This document shows, in pieces, positions 56,535 to 64,000 of a stretch of 64,000 nucleotides of DNA (within the stretch, counting starts at the first letter, position 1; every line of letters starts with the position of its first letter). The notes under the pieces are model-generated. The model was not told the DNA's origin. It saw only the letters and a list, made by a program, of their open reading frames with translations, and did not search any database. The DNA is taken from NCBI GenBank assembly GCA_009602725.1, contig WELB01000010.1, positions 1,269,320 through 1,333,319 on the forward strand, given 5' to 3'. The translations under genes and the position numbers were made by a program. The DNA comes from Spirogloea muscicola (lineage: Eukaryota).

Positions 56535-57315
56535 GCTCCTGGGGCTTTGTGAATGGCACTTCAGTCGCCTGCGCTTGATCGCCTGCGCTTGCTCGCAATA
56601 GGTCACACCTTCTAAACCTCAGCCTACTCTGGTACCATGTTCAAAAGTCATTCTGAGAGCCATCACTCCTCCAAGTTACCATGCAATGCTCCCACTGCGA
56701 GCACAGTGCTTGGTCTCTCATGTGCGGCATGCTGTTGCATGACCCTGCCAGCATAACCAAGTCCTCTTGTCATGGGCTGGCTTGACCTTGAACTACTTAA
56801 GGTGCTCGCTATAGGGGGTGCGTAAGAGGTCAATCCTTGTGGCTGCCGGAGGTGTTCGCAGCAATTCGGTAGCACATTGTCGTTTTGCAACGTAGTAGAC
56901 CAAGCTGGCCATTGCACGCTCTTTAATGGTTATGTGTCACGTTTGTCTTGCATGCCGCAGTCTCCTGCTTGAGCTGTGAAGACTGTGTAACATATTGCCC
57001 ATGTTCTCTGGCCTTGGATGAGATTCTATGCCGTATTCTTTCCTGTTGAGCCTTGACCATCTCATTATGATCATGACCCTTCTGCAGTCTGCCCATCTCA
57101 CGTCAGAGACACTGGAATTGAAAGAATCTTAAGCACACCCCCCCGACTGCAAAGGGCATCCCTATACCAGGGGGTCCGATTGTCCTTGTCACCAACTCTG
57201 GAGGCACTAATATTCACAGCTGCTTGGCTGGCAATGCACTCCAACTTTAACAACAGGCTACAGTCGAATCCACTATTCCATTCGTTGCATCAATCAGAGG
57301 TGGCAAGAGAAGGAC

Positions 57316-60300
57316 TTAGAATCTTTCCAAGAGAGGAGTAACTTTGCCCACCAGAGGCTCTGGGAGTCCGTCTACTGCTTGCAGGATGTCCTGCATCACA
57401 TCAGCAATGAAAGTGCTGCTTCAGCCCGCCTCAGGTGCCACCATATTATTACATCACAACCCTGATGACTAGTGTCAGCTTGTCCTCACCACTTCCTACA
57501 ATCTCAATTTGCAAAAATAGCACAGGCCTTGTGAGAAGGCTATGTACGTCGTGCATCCTGTATGTGTGTGTACTACCCAGCATGAACGAAGTGGCGATAA
57601 GCTCTGCACCTTTCGAGTGTAGCGTGCAGAGAAATGAATGAATAAGATAGAGTTGTTTTCAAACTTATGGGCCAGCTCTTTGACCTGAAGCAAGAACACC
57701 ACTCATATAAAGCACACATGTGGCCAAGTGCTAGTACATCGGCCCTGACTGACTGTCAGGGCCGATGTAGCTTGTGCACGAGATTTTCTCGTGCACAAGC
57801 TGTCACTCTTGAGAAAGGCATGACCAAGCACAACATGAGCAAGCTGATTCGCAAAGGTAAGGTACTCAATACTGTTATTGGGGGGACACAAGATTCTCGA
57901 AAATCCGCGCTACATAAGGGCAACTACTGAGCCCTAAATTATGTCACAAGGCAAGCTTTGGTTGCTGGATAAGTCAGCAAGCTCAGTTCATACCTCAAAA
58001 AGGTGTGTGTGGCCAAATGCTCGTGCATGTTCCACTGTAACGGTGTCATCCAAGAAGGTTGTCTGCATATTGCAGATATGGAGGTGCTTGCATTAGGGAG
58101 AAAAACCTGACCTCAGTATCAATGAGACACAAGACGTAAGGGTTCCTCTTCAGTCAAGGTTTCCAAAGTCCCCGCATGCACACCATGATCCTTCCAGTGC
58201 AGAGAGACTGTCTTTACTAGAGGCTCTGTTCTCGCATGCAAGTCATCACACTGCATAAGCTCTGTCATCTTCTGCAGCCATCTTGACTGCGATTGAGTGC
58301 AAGCCAGCGCGCTGAATGGCACAAATGCTCACCTCCATGATGAGGAGCCGAGCCTTCAGCACGTCAGCATTTGCCGGGTCAGTGATGAAGTCGGCCGTTG
58401 TGTCACCGGTAAATGCCACCTCCGGGGTCTCAATCGTGTTGGCAACCTGTCAAGATTGACAACAATTGGGATATCCCTATGGGCATTGAAGCCAGTCCAA
58501 CACGTGCACAAACAGCTCTAGAGAGCAGGCAGCTCAAGGATTACAGCATGGTCTGCATCAGCTGAACTTCAAGGACTTCAGAGGACTTTTATAAGAACCG
58601 GACCCTAGATCCTACGCCCTCCACCTGCAAAAACCCAAATCCTAACCTGGCAACCGTGTGACCTGTCTAACTCTTGCTTGGGTGCAAGATCAGTGACCTC
58701 GCGTTTCTTGCAAAAACCACAGCGCTGACATACACGACGGCTTCGTGCAGCCAGCAGCACCTGGACCCCTGAGTCCTTCAAGCGCTTGATCTCCCGCCCT
58801 GGCAGGCCCACAAACTCCTCCTTCAACTTCTGCTTGACCGAATACAGAATGTAGCCCTGCCACAGCACCACACAAGAACCTCCATGCATGGTTCATACTA
58901 ATCTTGGGCTCTCACCTTGAATGCAATCGCAGACTTCTGAGGTGTTGCTTGAGCTACATGCAGGAGCTGCTCCATATGTCCAGAAATGTAACAGGAAGAT
59001 CGCCCTGGACTCTAGGGCCCTGTAAAAGCCAAATCTTAAAAATGTTTGAATGAATTTGGCAAACCTGGCTGGGTATGACATGGTAGGTTGCGAATGTCCG
59101 CACGATATACCCAGAGGCCGTCCGAAGCTCGTCACCTGCCTGCAAGGTACCATGCACCGAAAGTCTGCCACAGGTGAGAAGACCAGATTGACACTGCTAC
59201 TTGCATTCGCAGTGCTGTGAATCTTTAGCTTGATGCAGCAGTCGAGGAGAAGCTGCTGCTCTCGGCAGAGAAGACTCGCCAGTCATTGCCGGTGCTCACT
59301 GCCATGCCGACGAGGTTGTGGTCAAGCCGGCAGTCCCCAAGCTCTGCAAACGTCTTGATGAGTCGCTCGACCGCGGGCTTGTTGACGGCGGGCACGACCA
59401 CCGTCGGCGGCTTCAGGGAGAAGAGGCCGCGCGTGGCAATGTGGAGCGCTATGCCACCCTGCCATCGTAGTCGCAAACAGGGCCTCAGAGCTGCAGTTTT
59501 TATGTAGCTGCATGGCGCTCCTGCCACGAGCATTGGCAGTGAACGTCCAGTTGGGCAGCGAGGTGGCAGGGTTAGTAGACAACCGTGCCTGCAACATAAG
59601 ATTAGGTGTTACAACTTAGGATTCAGGGTTCAGGGTTTAAGCCGGTAATCAGGTCCTTCAAGTCCGCCGCTGAGCACTCAGGATCGAGTCCTCAAAGGTC
59701 CAGCTTCAGTGGGGCGCCTCACAATGTGGTCCAGGTGGCCGTGCGTGATGAGCAGCGTCTCCTGGAAGGCGGCGCGCTCGGGGCACCGGCCGATGTCGAA
59801 CGCCACCTTGAGGCCCGGCAGGATGACGCACGTCTCCTGCCCGCCTACAGACACGCCCTCCACCTGCCCCCGGCGGTAACAGCCAATTAAGACTGCGTTA
59901 GCATTGGCCATTATGTCTCCGTGATGCATCGTGCCGCGTCATAGGATTCTCAGTGAGCCAATCACTGGAGTGGAGGCTTCCCCGTTTGGTACATGGGAAT
60001 GTCTGAAGGCATGCAGCCACGACAGTCAACAGCGCAGACGCTTGCGACAGGGTTTATGACTGCAACAGGGTGCACGACCGGATGCGGACTCGCGGGGATC
60101 GTCAGGCGTCACAGGTAAGCCCGTCACTGATAATCGTCATCGACGTCGTGCGGGGCAAAAGCGGCTGAGCCTCCGGAGGCGCACCTTGAAGCCGCCGACC
60201 TCGAGGCCGCCGCCACGGCCGCCGGCGGCGCGGGCGTCGGCAGCGCTCGCGACCGCCGCCGCNNNNNNNNNNNNNNNNNNNNNNNNNNNNNNNNNNNNNN

Positions 60301-60656
60301 NNNNNNNNNNNNNNNNNNNNNNNNNNNNNNNNNNNNNNNNNNNNNNNNNNNNNNNNNNNNNNNNNNNNNNNNNNNNNNNNNNNNNNNNNNNNNNNNNNNN
60401 NNNNNNNNNNNNNNNNNNNNNNNNNNNNNNNNNNNNNNNNNNNNNNNNNNNNNNNNNNNNNNNNNNNNNNNNNNNNNNNNNNNNNNNNNNNNNNNNNNNN
60501 NNNNNNNNNNNNNNNNNNNNNNNNNNNNNNNNNNNNNNNNNNNNNNNNNNNNNNNNNNNNNNNNNNNNNNNNNNNNNNNNNNNNNNNNNNNNNNNNNNNN
60601 NNNNNNNNNNNNNNNNNNNNNNCGGAGCGCGCCGCCACGGCCAGGCGGGCCGCCAT
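57316..60656 (-). CDS. tRNase Z, short TM-type form (plant TRZ1/TRZ2 family); 5' part spans an N gap
   Basis: VEGVSVGGQETC...AFDIGRCP...ITHGHLDHI|GG (HxHxDH), TYHVIPSQ|GY..YSVKQKLKEEFVGLPG.EIK (TM flexible arm), AFTGDT, E|TTFLDD, GHTH, HFSARY; stop at 57316. Putative start MAARLAVAARS at 60656. Confidence 0.93.
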
Positions 60657-60949
60657 GGCCTCGACGCCCGCCGCCGGCGCCGCCGGCCACCATGGCCGGG
60701 CACGCTCACGGCGGAGGCGACGGCGGCGACGACTGTGGCACAACTGCCGTATTCGGGCACCAGTTAGCGGCCTCTACGTGGGCTTGGAATTCAGGGTACT
60801 AACGTCGGTAATAACGTCACACAGTCACCTTGGCCACCTTAGCACAGGGCTTCGTTTCATGTAGCTTAGCTTTCTGCAACTAGGTCTTGGCCTGAACAAT
60901 GCATGGGCTTGACTTGGCCTCCCTTTCAGTCGTGCGCGCCGCGCGCCTT

Positions 60950-61620
60950 CTCTCTTGACGTGCTGGCTCGTGGTTACTGAGCGGGTCAGCTTAGCAGCAG
61001 GTGATGTACACCTGTCAATGTGCATGCCTCTGTACTTGGCCACTCAGGCCCTCCATCACTCAATACACACTCAATTCCCTTGTGACACAGAAGCAGCAGC
61101 AGGGACGGCAGAAGAGACCTGCTGCAGCAATACGGCACCTGCAGCCTCCCGCAGGCTTGGCCAGTGAGAAGGATGCGGCTGCTGATAAAAACGAGCGGCT
61201 GTGAAAGCCAGCCAAGTGCACACAGAGGGTCTTCATGACTATATCAGCGGCGCCACAGGCTAGGCAGACAGGGTGCTTAGTAACCCCGTGTCAGCGATAC
61301 GACGTCAGATGGGCTGAATGAGAGCTGCACCGCCAGCCCGGCCTGGGCCGCTGCGGCAATGTCCATAGAGCTCAACCTTAAAGGCCCCGGCGAAAATTCA
61401 GCCGACATTCCTTGCAGGCTCGTTTCGCTCGTCGGTTTACAACTGCGAGAAGGACCAATCTGCCTCTGTGGCGAGGCGGTCACATCCAGCGCTGTGGATC
61501 CGACGACCGACCGATCCCTCTGACACCAGCATGGGCATCGCTGCACCCGCTGCTGACGCCTCCTTTGGAGCTTGCGAAATTTGCCAACGGCATTGTGACC
61601 GCTGCGAACTACGACTAGCT
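60950..61620. mobile_element. Two CRE-like retroelement 3' ends, tail-to-tail, upstream of tRNase Z
   Basis: The + copy DVLARGY* with 3' UTR 60972-61055 nearly matches 63682-63766 and resembles 30147-30225. The - copy ends SDVVSLTRGY* at 61277, with a 3' UTR homologous to 23122-23270. Confidence 0.7.
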
Positions 61621-61727
61621 CAGGTTCTGCCCCAGGCTCACTAGCTAGATCTGGGCTTGCAAGGTGAAGTCCACAGGTGTGCTAAGCTGGAGCAGGGGCG
61701 GTGTGCAATGCTGCGTCGCTGCATTTT

Positions 61728-62788
61728 TCACGAGGAGAACGCCTCTTCAAGCTGCCGTTGCAGGCGCTCCACACTGACGCGTGGCGATGGGCGAGGCAGC
61801 ACGGCCTGCGGGCAGGCGAGCGTGGCAGGAGCGCACGCCGCTGGCTACTGTCAGCCTGCATGCTGCAGTGCCAGAGTAGTGGCCATGGCCTTGCCAGGTA
61901 ATACTCAAAGCTTGTTGCACTCAACGGGAAAAGGTAGGACCAGGCCGGGGGCACCGCAAAGCAGGGTATAGGGCTGACCTCGGAGCCGCCGGCGAGGGCG
62001 CGTGCCATCACAGGGATCTCATATCGGTACGCCTCCTCCCAATCGGACCGCATAGTAATGTCCCGGACCTGCTCCCATGTAAGGCTGACATGACGTCAAA
62101 GGCATGGACATGGAATGGCAGAACAGAGAATTTCATATTATATAGACAGAAGTGCAACCAAGAACGTGTCAATCTGCACCAAGCTCGCTCAGGGTCAGCG
62201 AGCCGCTCCACTAGTGGTTAGGATGAGGACCGGCTTTGACCTCTTCACGTGCACATGCACCCACCGGAAGTGGCAAAGCCCCCCGCCAATGAAAATCACC
62301 GATTGCGACGACCTGCAGAATCTGCTTTGCCAGTGATTGACTGTAGGCTGACAATCTGGTGGCAGAGTGCAGGGTGACGCTCTGCTGCTCACCTCGACAA
62401 CAAGGTCGGCGAGGCCGCCAGACTGCCGGCAGGCGTCGACCTTCTCCTTGAGGCCGTCGCAGAGGCAGCACCCTGGCCGGCTGTAGATGATGAGCCGCCG
62501 GGGTTCCGCTCGCAGCTGCGCGACGCCGCTTGACCCCTCGGCCTCAGCCGCAAGACTTCGGCAGGCCGGGGGAGAGTGAGGTCTGTTCGTATATGGCGGT
62601 GCCGCCGTGGCCGACAAGGCAGCCGCCGCCGCCACCACCGCCGGTCGCCGAAGCTGCGGTGGGCTTGACAGCGAGGCCGCCTGGGCAAGTCCGGCGCGAA
62701 GTGACGACAGAGCTGCCTGCCTTGCAGCGACTACGTGCAGTCGGGGGCCAAGGTGAGCGCAGAAGGCGGCAGCGGGAGCGGCCGCCAT
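61728..62788 (-). CDS. Glutaredoxin-like protein, DUF836 family (probable plastid transit peptide)
   Basis: MAAAPAAAFCAH..., RLIIYSRPGCCLCDGLKEKV...|VRDITMRSDWEEAYRYEIPVMAR...E|AVLPRPSPRVSVERLQRQLEEAFSS*. Confidence 0.88.
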
Positions 62789-62937
62789 GGCGGCTCCCTC
62801 GCTGCACTCCTCGGGGAGAAGCTCGGCTCGGCTGCGTGAGGCGCAGTCAGCAGCGACGCTCGGCGGCCACTGACCGCGGGCACCTTGACACTGGAGCTCC
62901 TGTGCTGTGACAGACGCCGTGCACGGCAATGGCGACC

Positions 62938-62975
<38 letters not shown>

Positions 62976-63029
62976 AAGGAGCGCAGGAGCAAGCAACTCG
63001 GACCAGAATCGGGGTCTGACCATCCGGAG

Positions 63030-63220
63030 CTAGGGTTCTGTGCTAAGGGCTTGGGGTTTAAGCAGGTGGGCCGGCTGCCTCCTCTGCAGAAGGATTTAGG
63101 GTTTGGGATTAGGGTCATGGCGCGCCCGCCGGTGCCGGCGGCGGTGGCGGCGGCGGCGGCGGCGGCGGCGGCTACTGGCGCGGACAGGGTTGGCAACTGC
63201 GATGTGGGGGTTAGGGTTTG
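63030..63220. promoter_or_regulatory. Cluster of telo-box / degenerate TTTAGGG motifs at a divergent 5' region
   Basis: tagggtt (~63031), tttagggttt (63095-63104), ttaggg (~63109) and ttagggttt (~63211). Confidence 0.4.
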
Positions 63221-63457
63221 GGGCATGGAGGTCCTTGGAGGTCCGCTAACTGGGGGTTCCCCGTTAGCGCAGCATCACCGTGATAGGAGTCCCCCGTTAC
63301 CTCGCTTGTCCGTGTTGAGAGGATCTCCGCCGTCGGATAGGATTGCAGGCGGTGACCGGGCTGCAACTCATCGTACGGACGGCCACGATGAGCCACCTCC
63401 CCGGGCCCACGCTCGGGCCGGCGGGCGGCTGGAAGCTANGCGGCGGCGGCGGCGCAG

Positions 63458-63583
63458 GTGGAGGGCGCGGCGGCGGAGGGCGGGCGGGGGCCGTCGGTGT
63501 GGGACGAGATCACGCACATCCCCGGCGCCACCAAAGACTGGCGCAACGGCGACGTCGCCGACGACCAGTACCACCGCTACCAG
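63458..63583 (+). CDS. Glycoside hydrolase family 1 beta-glucosidase exon (partial gene)
   Basis: ag|[42 protein letters not shown]|gt, the conserved GH1 N-terminal EGA..GRGPS.WD...GDVA.DQYHRY block. The upstream exon is obscured by an N at 63439. Confidence 0.85.
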
Positions 63584-63604
63584 GTCCCCCCACTGCTGGC
63601 GCTC

Positions 63605-63790
63605 ACCCTCTACCAAGGGCCAATTGTCAACTGCCGTCCGGTATTTGGGCATCAGTTAGCGACCTCTTTGTGCTGACTCTTGGTTACTGAGCGGGTCAGC
63701 TTAGCAGCAGGTGATGTACATCTGTCAGTGTGCTTGCCTTTTGTACTTGGCCACTCAGGCCCTCCAGTAATCTTTACACACTCCGTTTGC
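63605..63790 (+). mobile_element. CRE-like retroelement 3' fragment in the GH1 intron
   Basis: Encodes ..[14 protein letters not shown]; the 3' UTR matches 60972-61055. Confidence 0.7.
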
Positions 63791-64000
63791 TTGGCCTGCT
63801 TCTTTGCCTGCTGCCTTTGTTTGCTCGGCGAGCTCCCGGTCCTCTGAGCGCCGACGGCGCCTGCCATCACAGCTTTGGAGGAATTAACGCTGATAATGAG
63901 ATTCAATACACCATGGAGAAAGTGCATAATCCACGACTTCTATATATAGGCTTTTGTCCGGAGTGCCCGGCTATTGCGGCCGAGGCTCGCAATCTGGCAG

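Noticed and set aside
63030..63220. Interstitial telomere or chromosome end
   Set aside because: Only isolated, non-tandem TTAGGG-like units at a gene 5' region, consistent with telo-boxes.

Overview
Gene-dense, intron-rich eukaryotic nuclear DNA, most consistent with a streptophyte green alga. That placement is an inference from plant-type Z-ISO, RbcX2, class-B LPAAT and ATXR4 orthologues, mevalonate kinase (which chlorophytes generally lack), short introns and extremely GC-rich first exons. About 18 protein-coding genes were reconstructed by eye: MVK, RIO2, proteasome beta5, PEX19, RPS3, Z-ISO, a hypothetical gene, class-B LPAAT, RbcX2, an SGNH-hydrolase membrane protein, RBBP6/Mpe1, a divergent CF0-II (b')-like ORF, DUF1824, ATXR4, eIF3b, short-form tRNase Z, DUF836 glutaredoxin-like and a GH1 exon. 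The main structure not explained by genes is a diverse family of non-LTR retrotransposon remnants with a restriction-like endonuclease (CRE-like). Nearly all are 5'-truncated. Their ORFs end in a conserved ...LTRGY-stop, and their otherwise dissimilar 3' UTRs end in a conserved GGGCTG-N7-8-CAGCCC stem-loop plus a pyrimidine/TTC tail (about 30 copies by eye). They occur as nested clusters inserted into or beside one another, upstream of gene 5' ends, with visible target-site duplications. Exon boundaries and element ends are manual estimates, and several 5' exons are hidden in N gaps. No rRNA, tRNA or CRISPR array was seen.
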